Shown piece by piece: positions 47,829-58,300 of a stretch of DNA of 64,000 nt. Made by a program: the position numbers and the translations under genes. The stretch comes from Armatimonadota bacterium (GTDB lineage: Bacteria; Armatimonadota; SYMT01). Numbering within the stretch: the stretch's first letter is position 1; the number at the start of each line of letters is the position of its first letter. Below the pieces are notes generated by a model. It saw only the letters and a list, made by a program, of their open reading frames with translations. It was not told the DNA's origin and ran no database searches. Location: the NCBI GenBank assembly GCA_046292385.1, contig JBKBRF010000006.1, forward strand, positions 32,001-96,000. The letters are read 5' to 3'.

Positions 47829-48033
47829 CCGAACGAACGCGAAGACGCGAAGTCACGCGAAGGACGCGAAGGTGGAATGGAGCACGCTAACCCGCGCGCG
47901 AGTGAACTCGGCGCTACATAGAGCGAAGCCCGCCTGCGCGGGCTGGGAACGCGGTGACACGGTCTACCCAGCTTCTCCCCTTCATGTTTTCTTCGCGTCC
48001 TTCGCGCAAACTTCGCGCCTTAGCGTTCGTTCG
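47829..48033. repeat. Composite repeat: CGCGAAG-rich inverted ends around a GTAG REP
   Basis: CCGAACGAACGCGAAGACGCGAAG versus CTTCGCGCCTTAGCGTTCGTTCGG, with inner GAGTGAACTC..GCTACATAGAGCGAAGCCCGCCTGCGCGGGCT. Confidence 0.7.
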
Positions 48034-48038
48034 GTAAG

Positions 48039-50882
48039 CTACTCCTTGCCGGCTTTGAACACGTCGGTCAGGTCGCGGGTGCCGCGCTCCAGGTAGGGGA
48101 CGCCGCGCTCCATCCAGTCCGGGCGGGGCTTGCCGAGCAGGTGGTGGTCGAAAAACTCGTCCTGGTGGACCGTCCAGTGCTTCTGGTTGGCGCGGGTCCG
48201 CAGGCCGTGATCTTCGCCGTTGTAGTTGAAGAGGTAGGCCTCTTTCCCTAGCCGCCGGAGCGCGGTGAAGAACTCGATCCCCTGGTACCACGGCACGGCA
48301 CCGTCGGCGTCGTTGTGGATCGTGAGGTAGGGGGTGGTGACCTTGTCGACCCAGAAGATCGGGGAGTTCTCGATGAACTGGAGCGGGCGCTCCCACGGCG
48401 GGCCGCCGATGCGGCTCTGCGTCTTCTCATACTGGAAGGCGCGCGACATCCCGCTGCCCCAGCGGATCCCGCCGTACGCGCTGATCATGTTGGCGACCGA
48501 CGCGCCCGCCTGCGCCGCCCGGAAGAGGTGCGTCCGGGTGATCAGGTAGTTGATCTGGTAGGCGCCCCAGCTATGACCCTGGATGCCGACTCGCTCCGGA
48601 TCGGCGAGGCCCATCTCGATCACTCGCTGGACCGCGGGCAGCACGCACTTGAGCGCGCTCTCGCCTGGGTAGCCGGTGTCGTAGACGATGTCCGGCTGGA
48701 GCACCAGGTAGCCGCTGCTCACGTAGCGCGCGATGTTGATGCTGGTGCCGGGAGCGGGGGCGACATACCGGTGCAGCCCCTCGGAGCGGGTCTCGTAGAT
48801 GTAGACCATCAGCGGCAGTCGCTGGCCCGGCTGCCAGTTTTCCGGACGGGTCAGGATCCCGCGCAGCGGCTTGCCGTCGGTGCTGCGGTACTCGATCAGC
48901 TCGCTGCGGCCCCAGACGTACTTCGCCTGCTGCGGGTTCGCGTCGGTGAGTTTCCGCATCCCGGAAAAGCTCCCGTCACTCACCCAGAGGTCCGGGTACT
49001 CGTCGAACCGCTGCAGCGAGAAGAGCAGCGTCTCGCCGTCCTTCGCCTTCGAGAGGGAGCCGAACTCTTTGTCGAGCATCACCACGCGGGTGGGGCTGCT
49101 CCCCGCGGCGAGGGAGACACGATAGTAGCCGGTGGCGCGCGTCCGCTCGTCGGCGGCGGAGAGCAGCAGCGGCTGGTCTTCCGGGACGGTCCTCTGCTCC
49201 GGATCGAGGCGGACGTAGCGGAAGACGGTCTGCCGCGCGCGCCCCTCGCCGGCGGTGACGCAGCGGGTCTCGCCGGTCTCCGGGTTCGCCTCCCAGAGGT
49301 CGTACCGGTCGTAGATCAGCACGCGGCGGTCGTCTCCGGTCCAGCCGGCTACCCCGTACGGCCGCGGCATGTCCGGGGTGTCCCACGTCTCGTCGACGAA
49401 CTTGACCGGGAGCTTGCCGGTGAGGTTGACCGTCTTCCCGTCCTTCACGCGCCGGGCGTGCCACGCGCCGTCCTCGTCCGAGAAGTAGAGGACGAACTTG
49501 CCCTCGGGGGAGAGGGAGGCGCCGGAGCGGGAGCGGGTGAGCACCTTCTCGCGCGAGCCGTCCTGCTGGTCGACCAGGTAGACGTCGCTGTACCGGCCGT
49601 CCCAGGAGATCTGCGCGCGGTAAGGAACGTCGCTCTCGCCCAGGGCGTACCGCCCGGCCGGCGGAATGCTGACGGACGGGAGCTCGTCCGAGGCGAGCGG
49701 GGTGAGCTTACGATTGCGCAGGTCCCAGGTAGCGAGAAAGCTGCGGCGGCGCGCGCCGTTGGCCTGGATCTTCTGCATCGGCTGGAGGTACTCGTCCTGC
49801 CAGTGCCAGATGTCGACGTTCACCGGCTCGCCCTTCTTCGCCGGCTCCGGGGTGTCCGGCGCTACACCGAAGTAGAGGCGGTCGCCGTCGCGGGAGAAGC
49901 TGACGTTCGCGGTATCCGCCAGGCGGTGCTTCGCCGGGAAGCCGGGGGTCCCGGCGGAGACGACCTCCGCCGCGGTGCCGTTCCCCGCCTTCCAGGTGTA
50001 GAGCTTGAACGCGGGGGTCTTCGACTTCTGGTCGTCCCGGTCGCCCAGGAACGCAAGCTGCGCGCCCTCCTCGTTCCAGGCCCACTGCTTCACGCTCTGC
50101 GTGCCGGTCAGCACGGGGCGGGGAGCGCTCACCCCGTCCCGCTCGATCTTCCGCGCGAAGAGACCGTCGTTCGCGTCCGCCGCGGAGGCGACGGTGTAGA
50201 CCAGCCAGGAGCCGTCCTCGTTCCAGAGGAAGTCCGCCACCTCCGGTAGCCGCGTCTCCGCTCCGGTGCCCAGGTGGCGGAGGACCAGCTCCGTTCCGAG
50301 GGTCTTCTTCTTCGCCTCGGGGGCTGCCGCTCCGCCCTCTTTGCTCTCCTTCGCCGGAGCCGGTGCGGCGGCGGACGAGGGCGGCGTCTCTAGATGATAG
50401 GCGGCGAGATCACCCTTCTTCGCGGGAAGCCGGAAGCTCTTCACCCGCTCGATCCGCGTCAGCTTTCCATCCGCCAGCGACACGATCCCGAGCGCGCTCT
50501 TCGGCTGGTCTTCCGGCTTCTTCTTCTCCTTCTGCGCCTTCTCCAGCTCCTCTTTGTCCGGCGGGACCAGGAAGAGCACCGCGCGGCCGTCCGGCGAGAA
50601 CTGCGCGGAGGTGGCTCGCGCGTACCGGTGCTCGCGGTCATCCCGGGTGCTCCGCAGCACCAGCTCGCCGTCGCCTTCCTGCCGCCCCAGGGTGTAGAGG
50701 ACCCAGTCTCCGCCGGGGGAGAGGCGCGGACCCTGGATGGAGCGCCACTCGCTCCAGGCAGCATAGGTGAGCGGGCGCTTCGGAGCGGGCTGCTGTGCCG
50801 AGACGGCCAGCGGAGCCGCCACGCAGCCGGCGAGCAGCGCGTACGAGAGGAGAGTGCGACGGGCGGGAAGGGTGGAGCGCAT
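48039..50882 (-). CDS. Secreted S9 (prolyl oligopeptidase/acylaminoacyl peptidase) family peptidase
   Basis: Signal peptide, beta-propeller, GHSWG, DGAVP and EDHGL. Start at the ATG at 50882. Confidence 0.92.
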   Translation of the reverse strand: MRSTLPARRTLLSYALLAGCVAAPLAVSAQQPAPKRPLTYAAWSEWRSIQGPRLSPGGDWVLYTLGRQEGDGELVLRSTRDDREHRYARATSAQFSPDGRAVLFLVPPDKEELEKAQKEKKKPEDQPKSALGIVSLADGKLTRIERVKSFRLPAKKGDLAAYHLETPPSSAAAPAPAKESKEGGAAAPEAKKKTLGTELVLRHLGTGAETRLPEVADFLWNEDGSWLVYTVASAADANDGLFARKIERDGVSAPRPVLTGTQSVKQWAWNEEGAQLAFLGDRDDQKSKTPAFKLYTWKAGNGTAAEVVSAGTPGFPAKHRLADTANVSFSRDGDRLYFGVAPDTPEPAKKGEPVNVDIWHWQDEYLQPMQKIQANGARRRSFLATWDLRNRKLTPLASDELPSVSIPPAGRYALGESDVPYRAQISWDGRYSDVYLVDQQDGSREKVLTRSRSGASLSPEGKFVLYFSDEDGAWHARRVKDGKTVNLTGKLPVKFVDETWDTPDMPRPYGVAGWTGDDRRVLIYDRYDLWEANPETGETRCVTAGEGRARQTVFRYVRLDPEQRTVPEDQPLLLSAADERTRATGYYRVSLAAGSSPTRVVMLDKEFGSLSKAKDGETLLFSLQRFDEYPDLWVSDGSFSGMRKLTDANPQQAKYVWGRSELIEYRSTDGKPLRGILTRPENWQPGQRLPLMVYIYETRSEGLHRYVAPAPGTSINIARYVSSGYLVLQPDIVYDTGYPGESALKCVLPAVQRVIEMGLADPERVGIQGHSWGAYQINYLITRTHLFRAAQAGASVANMISAYGGIRWGSGMSRAFQYEKTQSRIGGPPWERPLQFIENSPIFWVDKVTTPYLTIHNDADGAVPWYQGIEFFTALRRLGKEAYLFNYNGEDHGLRTRANQKHWTVHQDEFFDHHLLGKPRPDWMERGVPYLERGTRDLTDVFKAGKE

Positions 50883-50983
50883 GGGCGGGAAACCTGAATC
50901 GCGCGCGAGGAGGGATGCCTCACTGTTGGCGAAACGGGACTGCGAGACCTCCGATGGCAACAACCGCCATTCACCCTTGATCT

Positions 50984-51030
50984 GCCGGAGTTAACTCCGG
51001 CAATTGGGCCGTCCGGGAGTTAACTCCCGG
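50984..51030. repeat. Pair of GAGTTAACTC palindromes
   Basis: GCCGGAGTTAACTCCGGC and CCGGGAGTTAACTCCCGG, related to the REP core CCGGAGTGAACTCCGG. Confidence 0.55.
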
Positions 51031-51041
51031 CCATAACACAC

Positions 51042-51860
51042 TCACTCCACGCCCTGGCAGCGCGGGCAGAAGTAAGTCGACCGTGCGTCGATCCCCTGGC
51101 GGCGCATGCGGACCGGCTCGCCGCAGGCCCGGCACGGCTCGCCGCTGCGGCCGTAGACCCAGAGCCGCTTCCCTTCGTCCAGGCCGAAGACGGTGCGCCG
51201 CGACCCGCCGGAGCGGTTGAGCGTGAGGAGCCGGTGCGACTCGGTGATCAGCCCGCGCAGCGTCTCTTCCGGAAGCTCTCCGACCCGCGCGAACGGGCTG
51301 ACCCGGCAGACGAAGAGCACTTCCGACTTGTAGATGTTGCCGACCCCCGCCAGCACTCGCTGGTTCAGGAGCGCCACGGCGATCTCGCTCTCGGGCAGCC
51401 GCTGCAGCCGGCGGAGCGCCTCCTCCGGGTCGAACTCCGGGGTGATGGCGTCGGGGCCGAGGCTGCGGAGGTCGGGATGGCGGTCGGCCTGCCATGCCGA
51501 GAGCAGCTCCACCACCGGCGCGCTGAAGCAGGGCACCACAAAGGCGTCGGTATGGATTACCACCCTGGCGTAGCGCTCCGGCTTCTGCCACTTCTCTCCG
51601 GGGCGGTAGACGTGCCAGGAGCCGGTCATCCGCATGTGCGTGTGCAGCACCAGCGGTCCGGCGGGCGGCGCCGCGCTGAAGCGGATCAGCAGGTGCTTCC
51701 CGCGCGGCTCCACCGCCTCCACGGTGCGACCGGCGACCGGGGTCCGAGAATCGACCGCCGCCACCTCCGGCACCAGCGCGTCGAACCGGGTGACCACCCG
51801 TTCGAGCAGCGCCTTGCGGAGCGTGGCGGCGGTGCGATAAATGGTGTCACCCTCTGGCAT
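51042..51860 (-). CDS. nei: Fpg/Nei family DNA glycosylase (endonuclease VIII-like)
   Basis: MPEG N-terminus, GKHL, H2TH (AGVGNIY..E) and zinc finger CRAC...CPRCQ. Confidence 0.92.
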   Translation of the reverse strand: MPEGDTIYRTAATLRKALLERVVTRFDALVPEVAAVDSRTPVAGRTVEAVEPRGKHLLIRFSAAPPAGPLVLHTHMRMTGSWHVYRPGEKWQKPERYARVVIHTDAFVVPCFSAPVVELLSAWQADRHPDLRSLGPDAITPEFDPEEALRRLQRLPESEIAVALLNQRVLAGVGNIYKSEVLFVCRVSPFARVGELPEETLRGLITESHRLLTLNRSGGSRRTVFGLDEGKRLWVYGRSGEPCRACGEPVRMRRQGIDARSTYFCPRCQGVE

Positions 51861-51884
51861 GGCGGCACCATTATACCCTTCCGG

Positions 51885-54800
51885 CTACGGAGAGATCGTC
51901 AGCTCCGCGCTTCGGACTACCTTCGCGTGGGTGGCGGTGATGGTGACCACGCCGCCCTTCTTCGCCTTCTTGCTCTTGCCCACCTGGATCACGAAGGTGG
52001 CCGAGCTCTTCCCTTTCTTGACTTTCACCTTGCCCGGTACCTTCGCCAGCTTGCCGTCGCTCGAGGTGAGCCTAACGGTGGCCGCCTTGGGCAGCGGCTG
52101 GTTGAAGACGACCGTCGCCTTCACCTTCTTGTTCGGCTTCGTGGCGCCCTTCTGCAGCCGGATCTCCAGCAGCATCAGCGGAGCGCTGCCGGCGAAGTCA
52201 ATCCCGGTGCGAGAGGGGCCGACGCTGACGCTGCGGGACGACGGCTCGAACTCGTAGCCGTCCTTCTCCGCCTTTACGGTGTAGCTTCCGGCACGCACTC
52301 CTTCCAGGCGGTAGGTGCCGTCCGCGCCGGTGGTGGCGGTGTGCGTGCCGGCGGTGACCGTCGCGCCGGAGAGCCCGTTCTTTCCGTCCCGCACGGTGCC
52401 GGAGATCGTGTAGGTGCGGACCGCGGCGGTGAACTCCAGCCCGTCCTGGCTCGGACCGACGGTGACGGAGCGCGAGGCGGGGGAGAAGTCGTACTCCGCC
52501 AGCTCCGGCGTGACCGTGAAAGTGCCGGCCGAAACCCCGGTGATGCTGAAGGTACCGTCGGCGGCGGAGACGCCCGACGCACTGCCCGCGCGGACGGTGA
52601 CGCCCTGCAGGCCCGCGCCGTTCTCCAGGATCCGCCCACTGATGACGAACATATCGGGCGGCGCGACGCTGAAGCTGACGTTCGCCGCGTCCGGCCCGAG
52701 GGTGACGCTCCGCGACGCCGGCAGGAAGGTCTTGCCGGAGAGGGAGGCGGTGACCGTGTAGTCTCCTGCCGGGAGATCCCGCAGGGTGTAGCTGCCGGTG
52801 ACGTTGGTGGTGGCGGTCCGGTCGCCGGCCGTGATCGTGACGCCGGAGAGACCGGAGGTGCCTTCCGTAACCTTCCCACTGATCGAGAAGACGGGGGAGG
52901 CGGAGAAGTCGATGCCCGCCGTGTTCGCGGAGAGGGTGACGCTGCGGTTCGCGGGGGAGAACTTATAGCCAGTCTTCGCGGGTACCACCGTGTAGGTGCC
53001 GCCCACCAGCCCGGCGATCGAGTAGCTGCCGTCCGCGGCGGTGGTGGCGGAGCTGCCGCCCGCGCTCACGGTGACGCCCCCGAGGCCTACTCCGCCCGCG
53101 GTGACGGTACCGCTCACCGTGTAGGTCACCTCGGTGGCGGTGAAGTCGACGTCGTTCCGGCTCGACCCGAGGGTAATCGACCGGGAGGTCGGATTGAAGG
53201 TGTAACGGGTGCTGGTCGGCTGCACCACGTAAGTCCCGTCCGCCAGGCCGTCCAGCACGTAGCGGCCGTCGGCCGCGGTGGTGGCGGAGCCGGCGCCGAT
53301 GTTGACGGTGATCCCGGAGAGACCGGTGCCGTTCAGCGTGATCCGCCCGCCGATGCTCTTGGAGCCGACGGCGCCGGTGAAGTCGACGCCGCTCACGTCG
53401 GCGCTGACGGTGATGCTCCGGGAGGCCGGGGTAAAGACGTAGCCGGCGCGCGCGGGCGTGACGGTATAGCTCCCGCCCTCTACCCCGGTAACGGTGTAGG
53501 TGCCGTCCGCGGCGGTGGTGGCGGTCTTCGTCCCGATCGTGACGGTGACGCCGCTCAGCCCGCTTCCGCCGGCGGTGACGGTGCCGGTGACGCGGTAGAC
53601 GGGCGCGGAGGGCAAGGCGCGGTGCACGTTCAGCCGGCCGGCGGTGACGGCCTTCCCGTTCAGCGCGCTGACCGGATCGGTGTTCTGCAGCAGCCGGTTC
53701 TTCAGGTCGGCGACCGAGAGCCCCGGCGCATAGGAGAGCAGCAGGGCGGCCGCCCCCGCCACATGGGGCGCCGCCATGGAAGTGCCGCTGGCGTAGGCGT
53801 AGCCGTTGTTTGGATAGGTGCTAAGGATCGTCACCCCCGGGGCGCCGAGCTGGACCGTTTGCGCTCCGTAGTTGGAGAAGCCGGCGAGCTGGTCGTTCCG
53901 GTTCAGCGCCGCCACGGAGACGATGTTATCGAGCTGGGTGCTGTACGCCGCCGGGTAGTCCGGGATCACGTCGTTGTTGTCGCCGATCCCGTCGTCGCCG
54001 CCGTTCCCGGCCGCGGCGACGAAGAGCATGCCGGCCTCCCGGGTGCGCTGGATCGCCTCGAAGAGAAGCTGGCTGGGCCCGCCGCCGCCCCAACTGTTGC
54101 TCGTCAGCGCGGCGCCGTTCAGGCGGGCGAAGTCGATCGCCTGGATCGCCCCGGAGGTGGTGCCGTCCCCGTTCCCGTCGAGGAACTTGAGCGGCATGAT
54201 CTTCGCCTGCTGGCAGACGCCGGTCACGCCGATCCCGTTGTTGCCCTCCGCCGCGATCGTGCCCGCGCAGTGGGTGCCGTGACCCTCGTCGTCCATCGGG
54301 TCGGCGTCGTTGTTGATGAAGTCGCGGCCGATCACCTTGCCGGTGTCGTCGCGGAAGATGTTGTCGTTCAGGTCGGGATGGTTGTAGTCCACCCCGGTAT
54401 CGATCACGGCAACCACGACCCCGGCGCCGCGGGTGATGTCCCACGCCTCCGGCGCATCGATGTCGGCATCGGCGGTCCCGCCGCCCTGCCCGCGGTTGTG
54501 GAGCCCCCAGAGCTCGTCGAAATACGGGTCGTTCGGCACCGCGGCCCGGCGGACGATGTAGTCCGGCTCCGCCACCCGCACGCTGGGATCGCGGCGGAGC
54601 TGCGCCAGCGCGCGCTCCACGTTCATGCCGGCCGCGAACTGCGCGGGCGGGATCGCCAGCCGGGCGAAGTGCGGGCTCGCCGCCTCGGCGCTGTCGACCG
54701 CCAGCCCCAGCCGCGCCACCGCGCCGAGCCGGCTCGGCACCGGCGCCCCTTCGTGGAACGCCACCAGCACCCGGTCCGGCACGTAGCCATAGCGGCCGGC

Positions 54801-54908
54801 CGGCACGCCGTCTCCGGCCGCGCCGCGCCCGGAGAGCAGCAGCGGCAGGAACAGCGCGAGGAGGAGCAGCAGGAGCGGGGAGCGACGGACGGACACGGCA
54901 GACGACAT
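51885..54908 (-). CDS. Secreted S8 subtilase with six tandem beta-sandwich repeats and a basic C-terminal domain
   Basis: Signal peptide, VIDTG, HGTHCAG and GTSMAAP, followed by six ~79-aa repeats (ISG.V...G.GLSGVTV...TAADG.Y). Confidence 0.92.
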   Translation of the reverse strand: MSSAVSVRRSPLLLLLLALFLPLLLSGRGAAGDGVPAGRYGYVPDRVLVAFHEGAPVPSRLGAVARLGLAVDSAEAASPHFARLAIPPAQFAAGMNVERALAQLRRDPSVRVAEPDYIVRRAAVPNDPYFDELWGLHNRGQGGGTADADIDAPEAWDITRGAGVVVAVIDTGVDYNHPDLNDNIFRDDTGKVIGRDFINNDADPMDDEGHGTHCAGTIAAEGNNGIGVTGVCQQAKIMPLKFLDGNGDGTTSGAIQAIDFARLNGAALTSNSWGGGGPSQLLFEAIQRTREAGMLFVAAAGNGGDDGIGDNNDVIPDYPAAYSTQLDNIVSVAALNRNDQLAGFSNYGAQTVQLGAPGVTILSTYPNNGYAYASGTSMAAPHVAGAAALLLSYAPGLSVADLKNRLLQNTDPVSALNGKAVTAGRLNVHRALPSAPVYRVTGTVTAGGSGLSGVTVTIGTKTATTAADGTYTVTGVEGGSYTVTPARAGYVFTPASRSITVSADVSGVDFTGAVGSKSIGGRITLNGTGLSGITVNIGAGSATTAADGRYVLDGLADGTYVVQPTSTRYTFNPTSRSITLGSSRNDVDFTATEVTYTVSGTVTAGGVGLGGVTVSAGGSSATTAADGSYSIAGLVGGTYTVVPAKTGYKFSPANRSVTLSANTAGIDFSASPVFSISGKVTEGTSGLSGVTITAGDRTATTNVTGSYTLRDLPAGDYTVTASLSGKTFLPASRSVTLGPDAANVSFSVAPPDMFVISGRILENGAGLQGVTVRAGSASGVSAADGTFSITGVSAGTFTVTPELAEYDFSPASRSVTVGPSQDGLEFTAAVRTYTISGTVRDGKNGLSGATVTAGTHTATTGADGTYRLEGVRAGSYTVKAEKDGYEFEPSSRSVSVGPSRTGIDFAGSAPLMLLEIRLQKGATKPNKKVKATVVFNQPLPKAATVRLTSSDGKLAKVPGKVKVKKGKSSATFVIQVGKSKKAKKGGVVTITATHAKVVRSAELTISP

Positions 54909-55030
54909 GAAGACCCCTGTAACAGCGGGAAAGAAGGCACGGAGAGACAGTGCTCCCCGGATTGTTAGACGAGCGGACGAACGCCGGGAGTTCAACGGGT
55001 TGTGAGCCGAGGTACTCTCGTGAGGGGATT

Positions 55031-55383
55031 CCGAACCCTTTCAGGAGATGAGGGGATGTGGGAACGGGGATGAGGGGGATGGGCAGCCGGTTTGAGCTGT
55101 AGCTTCCACCCAGGTTGTCCGGTCTCCCGCCTCGGCCCGGCGCCGTTCGGTTATACAGCGACGGGGATGATTATCGGTAGGGAGGCGGTCGGAGTGCGAC
55201 CGCGCGCTTCACGATACTACGCCTCGTGCCGCGCTCCCTGGCGGCGCCGCTGCCCACCGGGGAATTGCCCCGGCCCGGCTTGCCGCGGGAGAAAGAGAAC
55301 GAGAAGGAGAACGAGCTGGGTTCGGTTGGCTGCCCATCCCCACCATCTCCCCCAGAATCCCCACATCTCCTGAGAAGGTCCGG
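55031..55383. repeat. MITE-like GGGGAT element with TTTCAGGAGATG-type inverted ends
   Basis: CCGAACCCTTTCAGGAGATGAGGGGATG...CATCTCCTGAGAAGGTCCGG. The GAGAACGAG hexamer tract is shared with 61070. Confidence 0.7.
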
Positions 55384-55389
55384 CGCGAA

Positions 55390-58300
55390 TCAGGCCCTCC
55401 GCATGAAGCCGTGGATGCCGAAGGTGAAGCCGGCCTCCCGGAGAGCGGGGGCGAGCGGGGTTTCCTGCGCGGGGCGGCCGTCGACCTCTTTGATGAACAC
55501 CGCGCGGCGGGCGCCGGTCTCCACCAGGTTCGCGAGCGCGCCGGCGATCTCGGCCGCGACCTGCGCCGGCTCACGGTCCGGCAGCCCTTCGAAAAACGTC
55601 AGAAGCTGGCGCTCGGCGCGCCCCATCCAGGCGGCGAGGGCGCCGTCGACCAGCACCACCAGCGCTCCGGCGGCACGGGCGGGACGGCGGCCTTCTTCTC
55701 GCTCCGGCCAGGGGAGCGCCGCGCCGTAGGGGTTGGCGGGGTCGGTGGCGGCGAGGAGCACCGTCTGCGGCTCCTCTTCCGGGTCGCGGAGAGTCCGGAG
55801 GCGGTCGAGGGCGCCGGGGAGGGCGAACTGGGTGCCGCCGCGGCCGCTGACGAAGTAGCCGCGGCGGAGGTGGCCGCTCTCCTCCATCCGACGCAGCACC
55901 GGGTAGACGCTGGTGAAGCCGCCGGGGGTCCCCTCGGCGTGGACCGCTTCCCGCGTGAGCACGCCGTGCCGCTCCAGGAGTTGCCGCGCCGCGGCGGCCA
56001 GGCGCTCCGTGGTGCTGGGGCTGCCGAAGAGCAGGCTCTCCACCAGCGACCACCGCCCGGAGACCTCCGGCGGGAGCAGCGCGCGCGGACGCAGGCCGAG
56101 CCGGCCGTAGGTCCGACGCTCCAGTCGCCGCCGCGGGGAGCCGTACGCGCGGAGCGGCTGGAGGGTGTCGTTCGTCACCTCGCCGGCCCAGACCAGATCC
56201 CAGAGCGCCGCCGTCACCTCCGGCTGGAACTTGCCGCCGCACGCCTGGAGGAGCTGCGCGAAGAAGGAGGCGCCGCGGGTGCGGAGGTGCTCCCGGATCA
56301 GGTGGTGCAGCTCGTGGTCCGGCGCGTCGGTCCGCGCGGGGAGCAGCAGCGGCGCGTGCTCGGTCAGGTAGAGGCCGAGGCGGCCGTCCCGCTCGCCGAG
56401 AGAGCCGGCGCCGACCCACAGCACCGTCCCGGAGGCGGTGAGCATGTCGAGCTCGTGCGAGTCGTACCGTTCCAGGCGGGCCGGCAGCACGCGCGTCTCC
56501 AGGTCGGACGCCGGGATCGAGGTCCCCTGGAGCTGTTCGATCACCTCCAGCAGCGCCTCCGGTCCGCGCCGGCGCGCCCCGATCCCCTGCCACGCCAGGT
56601 AGAGCCGGCCTAGGGCGCTCTGCTCCACCGGCTCCACTTCCCGCCGCAGCCGCGCCAGCGAGCGCTGCCGCAGGGTCCGCAGCACGCCGGCATCGCACCA
56701 CTCGCGGCCGGTGCCCCCCGGGCGGAGTTCCCCCTGCACCACTCGGCCGGCGCTCTCCATCCGCTGCAGCGCCGTCAGCACCGGCCCCTCGCCGGTCCCG
56801 AGCCGCAGCGCCACCTCGTGCACGGTGAACGGCCCGTGCGTCCGGGCGTACCGCGCCACCAGGTCGCCCACCGGATCGTCGACCGGCTCCAGAAATGCGA
56901 CCGGCAATCCCGGAGGCGGGGGGATGCCGAGCGCGTCCCGGTAGCGGGCCGCGTCTTCCGCGGCGATGTACCGCTCCTCGCCGCCCACCGGCAGCCGCAC
57001 CACCCGACGCTGCCGCTCGAGCTGGGTGAGGACTTCGGCAACGGTGACCTCTTCCCGCGCGGAGCGGTGCTCCAGCTCCTCGAACGAAAGATCGCCCAGG
57101 CGCAGGAGCAGGTCGTGGAGGCCGTCGGCGTGCCGGACCCGCCGCTCCGGCGTGAGATGCTGAAGCTGCAGCTCCAGCTCCGCCAGCACGTCCGGATCGA
57201 GCAGCTCCCGCAGCTCCACCTCGCCCAGCAGCTCCCGGAGCTGGGACGGATCGACCGTCAGCGCCTGCGCCCGCCGCTCCGCCAGCGGCGCGTCGCCCTC
57301 GTACATGAAGTTGGCGACGTAGTTGAACATCAGCGACGCCGCGAACGGCGAGGGGGAGCGGGTGGTGACCGGCACCACGCGGACCGCCCGGCGGCGGATG
57401 TCGCGCAGCAGCTCCGTCAGCGCCGGGAGGTCGAACACGTCCCGCAGGCACTCCCGGTAGGTCTCCAGCACGATCGGGAAGGAGCGGTAGCGGGCGGCGA
57501 CGTTCAGCAGGTCTGCCGCGCGCTTCCGCTGCTGCCAGAGCGGCGCGCGCTGCCCCGGGTAGCGGCGGGGGAGGAGCAGCGCGCGCATTGCCGCCTCGCG
57601 GAAGCGGGAGGCGAAGAGCGCGTTGACGACGGCGGAGCCGCTCGCCTCCCGGGCGCCGCCCCCGCCGACGCTGAGCTGGCGGATCACCAGCTCTTCCAGC
57701 TCCTCCGGGTCCGGGATCACCGCCTCGACCGGCGGCGGCTCCTCCGCCTCCGCGAAGCGGGCGACGATGCCGTCGTCGGTCCAGATCAGGTCGAGCTCCT
57801 GCTCCGTCCGCTCCCGGAACATCGCCCCGATCGCCATCGCCCACGCGGAGTGAACCTTGCCCCCGAACGGGCTCAGGATGCAGACGCGCCAGTCGCCCAG
57901 CTCGTCGAGGTACCGCTCCACCACGATGGTGCGGTCGTCCGGCACCGAGCCGGTCGCCTCCGCCTGCGCCTCCAGGTAGGCAAGCAGATTGGTCGCCGCG
58001 GCGGGCGTGAGGGAGTGCGTCTCGGCCAGGAAGCGGACCGCCTCCTCCGGCGCCATGCCGCGGACGGTACGACAGAGCGCCCCGATCGCGCGGCCGAACT
58101 CGAGCGGCCGGCCGGCCGTCTCCCCATGCCAGAACGGCATCTTCCCCGGCTGCCCCGGCGCGGGGGAGACGAGGACGCGGTCGTGCGTGATCTCCTCCAC
58201 CCGCCAGGTGGTGGCGCCCAGCACGAACGTCTCTCCGGGACGCGTCTCCAGTACCATCTCCTCGTCCAGCTCGCCGACCCGCCGCGAGGGGCCCCGGCCG

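Noticed and set aside
47829..47872. CGCGAAG tandem units as a mini-CRISPR
   Set aside because: The units are 7-12 bp with no unique spacers and form part of an inverted-repeat arm.
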